DNA of 61,680 nucleotides, filler included, from Choristocarpus tenellus KU-1152 (GCA_964200185.2; 12 parts of 12 records of this genome joined end to end with filler, not necessarily neighbours in it), one strand, 5' to 3'; counted from the whole stretch's first letter, positions 36,888 through 49,810 are shown. Numbers and translations are program-made. Notes: generated by a model not told the origin, from the sequence alone.

Positions 36888-39800
36888 AGATGTGGTTCAT
36901 GGTCAGGAAAGATCGTGCGTTGAGCGAAAGCTCTTTTACGGCACCAAACAAGCTAGCAGGGAGTATAATAATTTGTTAGTGTACGTTTTGGAACAGTGTG
37001 ATTTTGAGCAATGCAGACCAATCCTTGTGTGTTATGCTATGCAATAAATGGTGTTGTTTGTGCTGTAATAGCCCCTCATGTCAATGATCTTATCGTGGCA
37101 GGAATATGTGATGCTTTGGTTCAGGTTCGCTCCAGGATCAAGGAGTAGTTTTCTATAGAAGATCTTGATGATCTTGAGTACTATATGGGTTGTGAGATTT
37201 TGTGTGACAGAGCTGCCGAGACAGTATTAGTCAGACAAAGTACGCTAGCAGCATTTGTCAAAGATTTGGTATGGATGCAGCAACAAGAGGGAATTACCCC
37301 ATGATGTCCCGAGCACATAAGACAAGAATGAGGATCGTCCAAGTAATGATGAAAATATCCCGTACATGGATACAGTTGGTAGTTTCATGTGAGCAGATGT
37401 CATGACCAGCTAGACATTGCCAATGTAGTTCGTGAGGTTGCCAAGTACAGTAGCAATCCGAAGTTGCACATTGATGCGGAGTTAAGTGTAATTCAGCATA
37501 TTTCAATACGTGTCCAAGTGTTCGATTGATTTTTGGTGGCTTTGATACTGAATGTGAGTTGAGTGCATATGTTGACGCTAGTTACTATGCTGGAGATGGT
37601 AATAGTCGTAGATCAGTGACTGTCCAGAGACGAGTCATGATGTTAGGCGTAGGAGCAATATCTTGGATGTCAAAGGTCGAAAAAGGTTGCTTCTCCGTCC
37701 TCAACGGAGAGTGAGTATATAGCTCTTAGTAGTGTGGCACAGGAGTTGCTTTTCTTGCGAAGTGTTTTGGAGTTTATTCAACCACGGTTCCCTAGACGTT
37801 CCATTGACATGTTTGAGGATAACAATGGTGCATGCAAACTAGTACGAAATACCACAAGCTCTACTACAACAAAGCACACTGCACCATTTTCTGAGGGGCC
37901 TAGTTGAAAAGAGAGAGATTCGTGTTTTTATTGGTGCTGCAAACCAGAAGACAGATGTGCTAAACAGGAATTTGCCAGAAATAATTTTTAGATAACACGT
38001 GAAGTTTTTGATAAATATGTAGAGGAATTACATGTATGTGTGTGTGTGTGTTTTATTTTTATTATTGCTAGAGAGTTAAATGTTTTTTTCAGGAAGGCGA
38101 GGATGTCGCATAACTAGTGTCATACTGACGTTGTGCGTGCTGATATAAGCATACTTTTTTAGGGGTTGTTCTAACATTTGAATGTTTTTTCATTGGTTTT
38201 TCCCCTGACACATCTGTAAAGTGTCAGAGGGGATAATAATATTAATACAAGCATATAACACAGTTTCATGCGTTTATCTTTAGTTCGATAGAATACAGAG
38301 TAATAGGGTACGTATCGGTAATGAGTTAGTCCTTGCCCATACGTCAATGATAATGATAAGACGAAAGGGCAATGGATAATTAATGAACCAGTGTGCGTTC
38401 ATCGTGTAAACCAACCAGCAGCTTCTGGCGACGAGACATTCTTGCGCGAAGGTATTCAGCAAGGTATTGTCTGGGCGTACTTGCCTTTGCTTGCACCCGA
38501 TTGTCTCAACAGCCACACATGGGGGTAGATGGGTATCCCTCAGAGATGTTTGACTTGGTCTGCACTCCGTACCCTCAATGACTGATTTCGTTAGCAGTCT
38601 GGCACAGTTTGCCCCTCTATTCGCACTTGTTTCCAGTGTATTGAAGTCCCTCACGTAACAGAAAGTGGAACTGCCCGCATTCTGCCACGGGAATGCCTGT
38701 GTTCCAACCTACCCTAGTTGCAGTGTCTATATTTCCTTCACAGGAAATTTGACTTCGATGAACCAACATTGCAAGTGCATCAAGAAATGAGCCACAAAGC
38801 AGCCTTAGTGCCCGAGCAGCACTGGTGGGAAAGTCACACGAGGGAACTTCATGGTCTGTGCCTTGTGGAAAAGGGGAGGAGAAGTTCCACAAGCTAGATG
38901 CCATGGTGCTCAGCTTCACCAGGAGGAAGAGCATCGGGGACCTGTGCTGGGGGGTGGACTTTGCCTGCCTGTGAAAATATTGATGATCGACTTGAGTGTA
39001 CATTTGCCGCTTTGAGGTTTGTGTAATTTTGAACTAAAATGAAGTCATCATTGAGACAGGAAGGACCCACGCAGACATCATTAAAACAGATCGCATTTTG
39101 GGTCAGCACTCCTTTCATTAATGTCGAACAAAACGTTGTTGGACCACCTGGTGGGTAGAAGGTAGGGTTAGGGTTGATGGGGGTGAGGGAGGGATCTGAT
39201 CCATGTTACAGGCGCCCCTCAAAGCTTACCTCCACAGGATGTATAGCTCCAATCTACGGGCCTATAGATGATATGATACTGATGTACGTATAGGACTCCT
39301 GATGCACAAGTCGTCAGGTATGCTGGATCTCTCACTTGAATTAACATCAATATCATCATATAAAAAGGACTGACCATAGTTCAAAAACCCACCACTCCTT
39401 GTGTAGCAATAGCTACTACTTGTAATACATTTAAAACCACCCAGGGCGTAGAAAGCACGAAGCAGGGTTGCCCATTCCCACTGACATAATGCAGGTGTTT
39501 TGGGGGGTACAATAAGTGACACACAAGGCAGAGGCGCAACAAACGCAACAACAGTAACAACAACAGTCAATTGATAGCAATAGAGTCTATACTGTTTTCC
39601 ATTATAGCGAGTAGTCCATTGTCTTACCATGGTTCACAAAAACATCGTTTTGGGGGTAATATGGACAGCTTTTGTTTCATGCTCACTTTCTAAACACAAT
39701 CCTTCCTTCCGTCGAACATGTGCCAAATATGCTCTTCCCTACTCTTCTGGGTGTTCCCCACAACATCCTCTTGAGTTGATCCCCTCACCTCATGTTGCAA

Positions 39801-40419
39801 CCATTTCTTTACACTTTGTCGGCAGAACCACACCCGTCTAGAGGATTACACGCTCTCAGATGAACGTGACACATGTTGTGACAATCCTGTTGAGCGACAA
39901 TCTTGCTGAACACTTCTGCTATGTATCAATTTTTTTGCAAGGCAACAAGTAAAATGGGATAGTGTCGACTTCCTATGGTCAGGATGGGGTACCACAGAGT
40001 GCAATGCTGTGCGTGGGTAACAGGGGGTGTCTGTGCGGGGGGGGGAAGAGGAGGCAAAACTCCGTAAAGTAGTAGCCACTATTTACTGTACTCCAGCAGC
40101 CCCATGAGGAGGAAAGGAGCACCAGGAGGATATGCTGGGTAAGTCCACGAATGGGTGTTGTGGTTGGGGGAAAAAAAGAGGAGAAATCTTCCGCTGTCAT
40201 AGGCAGCCACAGTGCTGTTACAAACTCTCCGCAAGCTTTCCGTGGTGGGATATGTAGCTCTAAACCACAAGTTATAGGATATAGACGAGACTCGTAGAGG
40301 AAGCCATAGAGGAAATGTCGTCAAACACAACAGCAATGCTTCCAGCACCCCCATGCATAATCTTGAGGTCTTCCCCTCTTTAGACGGGCCTCTAAGGTTG
40401 TGGTCTAGGGCACAGGTTA

Positions 40420-40678
40420 GAGTGAAAGTATCTTAGAGGGTACGAGTTTTTCCTTGTTTGTCCATTTGAGGGTTGGCTTCCCAACGGATTTTTAATGACA
40501 TTTTACCTACTACAAAATGTTTCAGAGTAGGTAAAATGTGTACGTTATAAAAGGTGTGTCTGGAACAAGGGTATTGATATCTCGTAATAAGCACGATAGA
40601 CAAAATTACATGAAAAGTGCAACATTGGATTTTGGTCCCCATATGGACGCGGCTCTACCCTCTAAGATACTTTGACTC
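40420..40678 (+). mobile_element. MITE family A (capped)
   Basis: TIRs as above, 4-bp TSD GTTA. Confidence 0.93.
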
Positions 40679-41495
40679 GTTATTGGTGCGACCCGGTGGA
40701 CACAGTATGGCGGCCCGCATTCTTGCCTTGTCAAGATCACAAAGAGAGACCCTGAAGTAAGGCACTCGAGTACAGGCCATTGGTGCCATCCGTAAGGTGA
40801 CGGTAAGGCGACCTATACTATCTTACACAGACTCAAAACCGTAGAAAGAGACCTTGAAGCCGTGATCTGGAACATGAGTGAATGCCCTCACTCATAATCA
40901 CAACACAGTACTCGCTGAGGGTGATCCACAGATGTGACAAAGCTGACCCTTTCCCCCCGATTGGAGAGAACTGGAGATATAGGTGAGTCTATAACATTCG
41001 AGGGAGCTAACAACTGTCCCATGTGGTAAGCCGAGTTTGCCCTCCGGTTTGAACAGACAAGGGAGGACCTCCATGTTACAAAACGCTCCGCAAACTTACC
41101 ACAAGGGGATATGTAGCTCCATCCACAAGCTTGTAGGGTGTAGACAAGGCTTGTAGAGTTCACTATGAAAAAAATGTCGCCAAATATGTGGGATCTCTCT
41201 CTCCAATTATTCGTTTAATTGCTTTCATTGGGGTATAAATAGGACTATACAATCATGTGTATGGTATTGTAAGACAAAATAATAATAAATAGTCAAGAAG
41301 TACAATATACAAAACGTAGAACTGACCCAGATTATCTGGGGGGGGGGGGGGGGGGGGGGGCCACCCAGGGGGTCTTTTTGGGGAAAAAACAGGGANNNNN
41401 NNNNNNNNNNNNNNNNNNNNNNNNNNNNNNNNNNNNNNNTTAATTAATTAANNNNNNNNNNNNNNNNNNNNNNNNNNNNNNNNNNNNNNNNNNNN

Positions 41496-41590
41496 TGTTA
41501 TACCATGTACCACTGTACTGTTATACCATGTACACTGTGTACTGTTATACCATGTACAACTGTGTACTGTTATACCATGTACAACTGTGC
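41496..41590 (+). repeat. ~24-bp minisatellite (TGTTATACCATGTACAACTGTGTAC) x~4
   Basis: Read directly from the sequence. Confidence 0.85.
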
Positions 41591-41895
41591 TGTTGCTGTG
41601 CGGTATGATACCAGGGTAATTGATAGAATACTACAGCTGTATTAGTGTCAAGTTTATCCCCCTGAAAGGTTTTCTCCATCTCCAACTCATGATCCCACCA
41701 ACATCACCTGTATCTCACTTCCAACCTTTCACATCTCAAATCCCACCCACCACTCACATACTACTGCCTTTTAACACCCCATAAACCCTCTTCCCGTTAG
41801 CTTCGTCATTACTTTTTTTTCATCAATAATCACCCCTCAATCTGCCTCTTGCCCCTCCCCCCCCCCCCACCCCCCCTAACTGGGTGTGGGAACAG

Positions 41896-44874
41896 ATCCC
41901 ACTGCGATTAGGTGTCTCCAAGGCCATCCTTGAGAACGTTGTTTTCTGTCACCAGGAGGATTCCAGCTGGCCCCTACAGGTTGGTACTATGACCTCCCTC
42001 TACTGACGGCAGTTACAACTCAGTACAGGGCTCCTGCAGGATGCTCAACTCTTCATTTCTGATTTGGTTTGGTTGGAGAGAAGTGGGGGCAAGCGAATAA
42101 CATTGCCGGACAGGAGGAGAGAACACTCCGGCGTTGATTCGCTGGCGTTTCAAAAAAGGATGGAATGTTTTGTAAAGTTTTGTGACGAGAGGACCCTGAG
42201 ATGGGTCCAAAAAAAGACACCCCGCCGCGGAGCGTTGGACTTGCAGGCCTTTCTCACTGATGCGAGTATTGCTTTTCCTTTTTGGTGCGTTTTTTGACTA
42301 TCCCCTTACTATTTGTGGCGGGGTCCAGAGGAAAGGCGTTTGTCACGGAGTGATTGGCCCCAGTACCGGGTATATGTAATCCGGTACAATGCCGCATTGC
42401 ACTCTTGGTTGTAAGCTGATACCCTCACCTTTTTTTTTTGAACACGCAGGAGGGAGCGGTAGTGAAGAAGAAGTTTGATGACATCTTTGAGTCTGCCCGC
42501 TACACCAAGGCGCTGGACACGATCAAGAAGACTAAGCAGGAGTATGCTGCAGCTGTTAAGGTCTGGTTCTCTTTGAGCATACACACATACATGTATATGC
42601 CATACATATATATATGCGTACGTTTATGTATGTGTTTGAACATTGATAGCTACTTTCGAACTCATTTTTTTATTTTTTGCTTTTGCTGTTTGCTGGACGG
42701 AGTAAATAAGAAGTTTAGTAGTGTGTGAACAGATACTTTTTTTTGCTATGAGAGGGTGGGGGTCGGGGATGGGGGGTCTTTGGTTTTTTTGGGGATTGAA
42801 TCTTGCATGGGTGTGAAGGTGAGGCTTTGTTACTTTTTGTATTATCTTGTTTTGGTGCTTTTCTCTTTTTACAAGGATTATGTTACTGAGGTCCTACTTG
42901 AAGCTCTAGCCATAGCCCTAATGCAACCCTACCTCTGACACTAAACCCCATATTTTGCAATACATTACAATCTATTATCAGACTCTGGAAAACAGATTCT
43001 CAACACTGATGTTGCTCTAGAATGCCCAGTTGTTGCTCTAGAGCACAAAGTCGAATTTGACCCGCATCATTTGTCGTCAGCACAACTCTAGAAACAAATT
43101 CCTCTGTAAAGTCAGCTCTTCACTGCCAGGATGATGTTCCAAGCCTTTCCCCCCCCATAAAGTCGACTGTACTCAAAAATTCCCCTGGGGCCGTTTCATT
43201 TCCTCTGTAACACCTGTCGTCCAGGACAACCTTCAGGTTCCACTTGTCTATCGCTTCCATTGCTGACGACGACACTTGAGGTCACTTCCTATGTAGCCTC
43301 GATTAGCAGGGTAATGCTGTGACCATTTCCTCTGGATTGGACGTTGCCTGAGGCAATGCTTGATTCCATTTGTTCTCTATCTTTGTACCTCACCACTGTT
43401 TACGTGGGGGACCGTTCTGGGTCCACGCTTCATCTTTTTTAAATCTTGAAAAAGGATGAATGGCTGGGCGAAGCTTTTGTACAGATGTTCCTTGCCCTCC
43501 GCTGCCACGCTCCTTGCCATCTCTATCTCCCTCCCTGGTGCCTCTGCCCCCTCTTACTGTCTTGTCTTGTGATCAGGGTGACTTTTCCGTGATGTTGGTT
43601 TTTAACTATGGTGGAAAAGTTAAGGATGACACGCTCATCTATTTTCCTGAGCGTTAGGATAGTTTTAGGGTTGAGCGCTTCATCACATTGTGGCGAGCCT
43701 GCACGATCTCATTTTGACAATGAAAATGTCGATTTAAAGAAGAAAGTGAAATCTTCCTTGAGAAATCTGTACATATACCTCCTTTGTAGTTCCAGGGTTA
43801 GGGGGATAGATACAGTTTGAGCGTCTGCTGATAGGGAACAATCCCACAATTGTGACATTGTATATGTATATGTGTATGTATATTCAATTAGAAGTTACAC
43901 CAAATGCAGAGGACAATTATCCCCAACCCTAAGTATCATATATACTCTTAAACACTTGGAGTATATTTATGCTCTCCGTATATGTATATGATGTCCACTT
44001 CCCTGGACAACCCTCAGAGAACCCATCTGTTCGTATCACCATGCACTGTCAGCACACCTGGCTTCTTTTTTTAAGAAAACAAAATGAGAAACCATGTGGT
44101 GTACAAGGATTCCCCACCTTTTTCACAGCAACGTTCATAGTGACTGTTTTGCTCGGGTATCGTCCATTTGTTCAGTGTAACACCTGGGAGGCGTGTGTAA
44201 CTCAACTTCTGGCGTTGAGACAACACTCAAGGCAGTTTTATCGTGTAGTGTTTTCCCCTTGTTGGGAGGATGCTTGTGCCCATTTGCTTGTGTATGTACA
44301 ATGCCAAATAAGGCATTGAGTGAAGAAACGCTGAAAGTGCTAGAAGGCATTGCCTTGGATGCGCAGAAGATATCTTGTCTTATCACGTCACGTATTTCTC
44401 ATGATAGCCCACCCCCCCTTTTTTTTTCTTCTAGAAGAAGAGTCAGTTATATTCCCAGCCCTAAGACAAAAAAAAAAATCTAGGCGATGACCTTTGGTTT
44501 GAAGAACTGACCGCGAGGTCTCTCGCTTCTCGCTTCTCGCTTGCTCTTGCTGTGATCCATCTTTTTGTTGCTTTTCTGTTTGTTTGTTTGTTTTGCTTTT
44601 TTTTTGTTCGTTGTGTGGTTGAATTTTTTTTTCATCCCCATGGTACTGAAAAAAAAATGCGATAAAAATATCGCGAGAAAAAATAAATAAATAGGAGCTG
44701 CGAATAGACCTGGCAGGTCTGCAGGAGAGGCTGAGGGCAGCAGAGGCTTCTCGGTCTGAGTTGGAAGCAGCAAGGGAGAAGCACGATCATTTAAGAGGGG
44801 AGGTGGACTCCATCGATGCCCGCTCGGCAAGCCTGAATGAGACCCTTGGGAGGCTGAGAGAGACTGCGAAGCAG
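41896..44874 (+). CDS. RAD50: DNA repair protein RAD50, three internal exons (41896-41979, 42450-42560, 44695-44874)
   Basis: [28 protein letters not shown]|[27 protein letters not shown]... is the diagnostic RAD50 Q-loop region (GVSKAIL.NVIFCHQEDS.WPL.E...LKK.FD.IF.A..YTKAL), followed by coiled coil. All junctions are phase 0. The third donor is probably GC. Confidence 0.95.
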
Positions 44875-45959
44875 GCACGCATGACAACATACAAACTAAA
44901 CATGAGAGCTTTTCAAACATCGAGGGGTGGGGGGTTTCACACAAAGAGCAACAATTACTCCTATTGAATGGTCCGAGTACTGTATTGAGTCAACAGGATG
45001 GGTTTGCCCTGCAAATGCCTTCTCTACAGTAGTAGCCGCTGAGTGTCAATACTACTTGACACTAAATGAGAAAAAAAAGAGAAGAGCATGCATATATGCA
45101 GAGGAAACATTGTCAGGGGGCACCAACCCCGCAGCGTCAAGCCGCTGAGACACCTATCCGGTCGCTTCGGCTCCCCCCCCACCGCCGCCCCCTCCACACC
45201 NNNNNNNNNNNNNNNNNNNNNNNNNNNNNNNNNNNNNNNNNNNNTTAATTAATTAANNNNNNNNNNNNNNNNNNNNNNNNNNNNNNNNNNNNNNNNNNNN
45301 CCCCCTCACAACCCCCCCCCCCAGATACTTTGAGTCTGCACTCTCTTGTACACGAACAGAGAAGTGTAAACATGACAAGCAAAAAAGCAGACAACCGTCT
45401 CCTCCTTGAGTTCACAATCTCATCTTTGCTGTTCAGTAATGAAGTCACAGGCCCTCCCCTCTCCATAGTGTTCTCATCCCACATACATCAAATGAGCCAT
45501 CAATCTCCATCAACACCATTGACACCATTGATCTAATCACAAATTCCCATACATTGCCCAGCAAATCAATTACTTCTCCAAAGCACTTTCATAAGTTAGC
45601 TTCCAATACCTACTGTTCCACCGAGTTGATTTGTTGTGCACATTTTTCTATACTGTTGTCTCTGTGCTTGTGGGGATCACTGTGGCAGCTCCTGAATGGC
45701 CAACAGGGGTATTGGGCAGGCCTGCAGCACCCTCCTGCTCCTTAAGGGGGGGTCCTTCAGAATGGCAAGGAGAAGCAAGAAAGTCACAGGAAGCTCTGGC
45801 ACATGCAAGTGTGAGAAGGATGGGGATCTTTATTCTCAAAATAATAATACTATTACTATTTATATCTTCACTCTAGTCTGGGGACTATCCCAACCCATGG
45901 TCAGGGGCATTAACTACATACTCTCTATTTTTATCTTCCACTTAGTGTAACCGACTATA

Positions 45960-46213
45960 ACAGGGTTTTTGCCCTCTTTGTCCGTTTGGGGCTTGACTTC
46001 CCCACGTTTTTTTTTTTAATGCCCCTCTTCGGTTTTCTGTGTGAACACAGTTACCTACTCCGAAATGTTTTGGAGTAGGTAAAATGTATAGGACTATGAA
46101 AGGTGTGTCCGGATCAAGGATCTTGACACTTGCTAACAAGCACGACTGACAAAATTACATCAAAATCGCAACATTGAGTTTATGACCCCAAACGGACACA
46201 GCTATATACCCTC
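45960..46213 (+). mobile_element. MITE family A core, uncapped variant (left end lost)
   Basis: The internal sequence matches family A and is closest to the 60561 copy. It ends TACCCTC|TTAA without the AGATACTTT cap. Confidence 0.85.
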
Positions 46214-46386
46214 TTAAACATGGTTGGTCTGTTACACTAATTGCGCTACTTCCGTTGGTGTCTTGCTTTCTGCGCCTTGCTTGGCTTGTCACTCTGTCTC
46301 CTTTCTTGAATCCTGTGCTCGACCCATCTTGGCATTGCTCGATAATCAAGCCTTGCCATCTCATCCTTGGTATAGCGTACTTATTA

Positions 46387-48260
46387 CTTCCTCCGTTCAG
46401 AAATAAACATAACATAACTTTTGAGCCCCAATGAAGAAGGAAGTTTTTTTGTTTTTGTTTTGTCACATGTTAGTATTTTCTGGTGCATTGTTGCAGATAC
46501 TAAAAATGTTCCCCATCAAAATCTCGAGTAAAATGGGGCAGCCTACACCTATCCATGATTCCGCCCCCGAAGTCCTCCAATATTCCATTCCAGCATGGTA
46601 CCCCCTCTGGTAAGTCTGTGCCGTTAAGTTGTAGCTCTTCGAGATGACCTCCAAACACAAAACGGATTTTTGTTTTGGATTCCTTAGAATATTCTACTTG
46701 AAATGAGTACGTCTTGCCTTTACTCGGCACCATTAATCCACCATACAGCTCCACGTTTTAGGCGATTCAGTCTAAGTTGAACACTCTAACCAACCCATCC
46801 TTCCGCCACCTTTTTTCGGTCCCCATGTGCTGTACCTCGAAATCCTTCCACCCCAGAGCTCTTAACATATGATTGTACTTCTTAAACAGACTCTGCCACG
46901 TCCTCTCAAGCATGTCTGTGTCGTATGTGTGGAACATGCTCTTAACCCCCTCCACAAGGCCATCAATGGTGCCGTAACGCCCTGTCCAAGCCCTGCTCTT
47001 CAGGGATGCGAAAAACCCAAATCGTTCATGTTGACATCCGGCGACTGTGCTGACTGCGCCACGAGCTTAATTACCACCTGTCCTTCCTCCCTGCAGTATT
47101 CAGCTTCTGCATCTTGCCTTTGCCCGTATGTAGGGCCGCGCTGTCTTGCCTTTGCATGTATAACCACTCCCCCCGATTCCAGCCACGGCAATTTTCCTTG
47201 ATCGCTGGCGAGTGAAATTAACTATCTTAGGGTTAGGGTACGAATTTTTCCCTGTTTGTCCATTTGGGGCTTGGCTGGCTACCCACGCGTTTTTAACGAG
47301 ATTTTAAGTACCCCGAAATCTTTCCGAGTAGATTAAAAATATTTGTACGTTTTGAAAAAGGAGTGCCTGGAACAAGGATACTGGAATCTCCCAACAAACA
47401 TGGTAGCCAAAATTACATCAAAATTGCAACATTGGATTTTGGCCCCCAAATGGACACGGCCCTACCCTAACCCTAAGATACTTTGGCTCTGGCAACGGCT
47501 GATCTGCGTGCTTGCCACTCCTGGTGCCACTCAGTGTCGACAGTAATGTTGGCCTCGTACTCCTCGCCCTTCGTGCGCCGCTATGTAGTCCTTTGCAACT
47601 GTAGTCCTTTGCAACTCCTTCGTAGCGCAGAACCCGCCAGATCCTGACCTCGCCATTGAAATCACAGGAGGGATCCGTGTGTGAAACGGCGGTGATGGAC
47701 ACACATGACTTTTGAGAACGTGCCTCTTTACGCTCGAACCTCTGTCTGTTGATCCCACTTTTTCCTCTCCTGATAGTATCCTCACCCCGTCTCTCCGTTG
47801 CGGACGAGACAGAGCAGCCGCAACCTTGTTCATATGAATCGTGTTGAGGCCAGTCCTGCACTTTTGGCGATTGGGGGAGATCTGCTCGAGGATGAAGTCC
47901 ACCCAGTCCTTCTTGCAAGAAAAGGAAGGGTTAGGGGCGATGCGCCGCGGAACCCTTGTTGCTCCAATGGTATGGAGTCGGTGCTGGAGCATCGAGCTGC
48001 CGACCGCGAGGCCTGCTTCGGCGAGCTCAGGGAAAAGTTGTCTGAGAGTCAGTGTGCGACTATGCGCGTTGATTTCCCACATCACTCACTCACTTGTTTC
48101 GTTGGCATACGGTTCGACAGCTGGCCAGGTCGTGCTCATGATTTCAGAGAGATGGCATTCCCACTGTCTATCTGTTCTTTCATGCGTGCCCACAAACAGT
48201 CTAGGGTGTCTCTCTCCCACTCTCTCAATCTCTTCGGCCATTTTAGATCCCCTACGCCCC
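46387..48260 (-). mobile_element. Degenerate plant-type (DD39D-like) mariner element with MITE-A insertion
   Basis: TA|CTTCCTCCGTTC Stowaway/mariner-type TIR at 46387, with QSAQSPDVNMNDLGF and FHTYDTDMLERTWQSLF fragments and an HTH region (RTLTLRQL...SMLQHRLHTIG). Confidence 0.75.
47210..47489 (+). mobile_element. MITE family A (capped) with TTAGGG-converted TIRs
   Basis: 4-bp TSD TGGC. The TIRs read CTTAGGGTTAGGGTA / TACCCTAACCCTAAG instead of CTTAGAGGGTA / TACCCTCTAAG. Confidence 0.92.
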
Positions 48261-48559
48261 TCCTTGGTAGCCTCTCATGACCTGAAGGAAGAGCCAATGT
48301 GTAATGCGGAGTAAGTGCGTTCTGTCCTTCCTTGGCCAGCTTGCAGTTCTTTCTACGAGCTGGTGGGCGGGCTTCGTGCCGGGGAGACGAACTGTGGGGG
48401 CTTGCCGTGGGGGTTGTATGTGTGCTGCATGCGAGTAGATAGACTCTGTGTTCCATTCTTTGATTTCTTTGTGTTGATGGACATTTTTCAGAGTTCTTTG
48501 ATTTCTTTGTGTTGATGTACAACACTCCAAGGAATTAAATGCAAAAAATCGTATTGTAA

Positions 48560-49503
48560 TTGGAGGTCATCTCAAAGGGCTACTGCAACTTAACAGCATA
48601 GACTTACGGGACTGAGGAAGAGGTTCGCCGCATCCACGAGGGGATTCAGGGGGAGCTTGCTCGCTTTCTCAGTCTTTATGGCAGGGAATTTTGAAGACGT
48701 TTTCACCCTTGGACCCCAGCACTCCACCATAGAGCGCAAAGAGGCTCTGCCAGATGTGTTCTAGTGTCTCCCGGGGGTACACATCGAACGCCTCCATTGT
48801 GACCTCCACCTGCTCCTCTGTGTTGGTCACCCCCACGTGTTTCTGCTGGATGGAATGAAACAATTCCAGTTTGTAGAAGATGAGGTCAGGTGAGTTGGCT
48901 GGCTGGCTGGCTCTCTATGACAATGTCGCTGTTTGCCACCTACTCGATTGCCTCCATGTCGCCCCGATGGTGTGTGGCTTTGCCCCGTCCTGGTGCATGA
49001 AGATAGTGTGTCCTTCCAGCTTAGGCATGTGGGCCTTGATTGCCAGGATGGCATCCTTGACTACGAGCTTCTTGTACCTCTCCCCGTCCACTGTAGCTGG
49101 CATAAGCACCTTGGTGCCCTTAGGGTGGTGTTTGCTGCAGCGCTGAGCAACCATGGTGTCCACAATTAGCCAGATCCCGATTTTCTCATTGGACCACACC
49201 TCGTCGGAGAGCTTTGTAGGGTGGATCACTGCTGCAAGGAACATCACCTTCGGACTGTAATGCTTATTCTGTGCCTGTGGGGGTTTGGGGGGGTCCTCAG
49301 TAGGGTGCAGGTACACACCTTGCACATCTTTGAGGATGCAAAACCACTTCTCGTCCACATACACACAGCCACATAGATCGTCCCCTAATACCCCACCTCC
49401 CCTTCTGCACGTGTGGCTGATGACAAAACACACCCTGTTACTGACTTTCTGCTGGTCTGAGAGGACTGGCTTAATCCACCGCTTGACCTTGTTCACCTTC
49501 TCC
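48560..49503 (-). mobile_element. Degenerate DD39D-like mariner transposase
   Basis: VYVDEKWF, PKVMFLAAV.HP, KIGIW, HQDGAKPH, QPA.SPDL..LELFHSIQ and YPRETLEHIWQSL are hallmark motifs of the Soymar/Osmar-type mariner clade. Truncated by MITE-B at 49504. Confidence 0.88.
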
Positions 49504-49705
49504 GGCTCAAAGTATCTGGGGGGGGGGTCTGCACCAGTGTGTCCATTTGGGCCCTGACCAGGTGAAGTGACCTTAATGTTATCTATCCGACGCATGAAAC
49601 CAAATCACCCAGAAATCGCGACACGGAAAAATGGGCCCCCGAATGGACAGTCGCCACCCCCTCCCCCCCCCCCCCCCCCCCCCCCCCCCACCCGCGCCCC
49701 CCCCC
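49504..49705 (-). mobile_element. MITE family B, running into the contig end at a poly-C tract
   Basis: GGCTCAAAGTATCTGGGGG start. The internal sequence is the reverse complement of the 23610 copy. Confidence 0.88.
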
Positions 49706-49810
49706 NNNNNNNNNNNNNNNNNNNNNNNNNNNNNNNNNNNNNNNNNNNNTTAATTAATTAANNNNNNNNNNNNNNNNNNNNNNNNNNNNNNNNNNNNNNN
49801 NNNNNAGAAG

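Larger units (their letters stand above)
34869..38461 (+). mobile_element. Internally deleted Ty1/Copia LTR retrotransposon with both LTRs
   Basis: LTRs TG...CA at 34869-35130 and 38104-38461, perfect 5-bp TSD AGGTA on both sides, and PPT CAGGAAGGCGAGGA before the 3' LTR. RT/RNaseH remnants: WELKRWDVKQAF, LFYGTKQASREY, HVNDLIVAG, YVDASY...RRSVT, AISWMSK, SSTESEYIAL, FEDNNGA. Confidence 0.92.

Noticed and set aside
43000-43800. Possible antisense retroelement gag remnant in a RAD50 intron
   Set aside because: Too degenerate, with no intact motif.
45631-45810. Signal-peptide-like exon (...VLVGITVAA...LRGG)
   Set aside because: No in-frame ATG or clear acceptor and no downstream exon were found on this contig.
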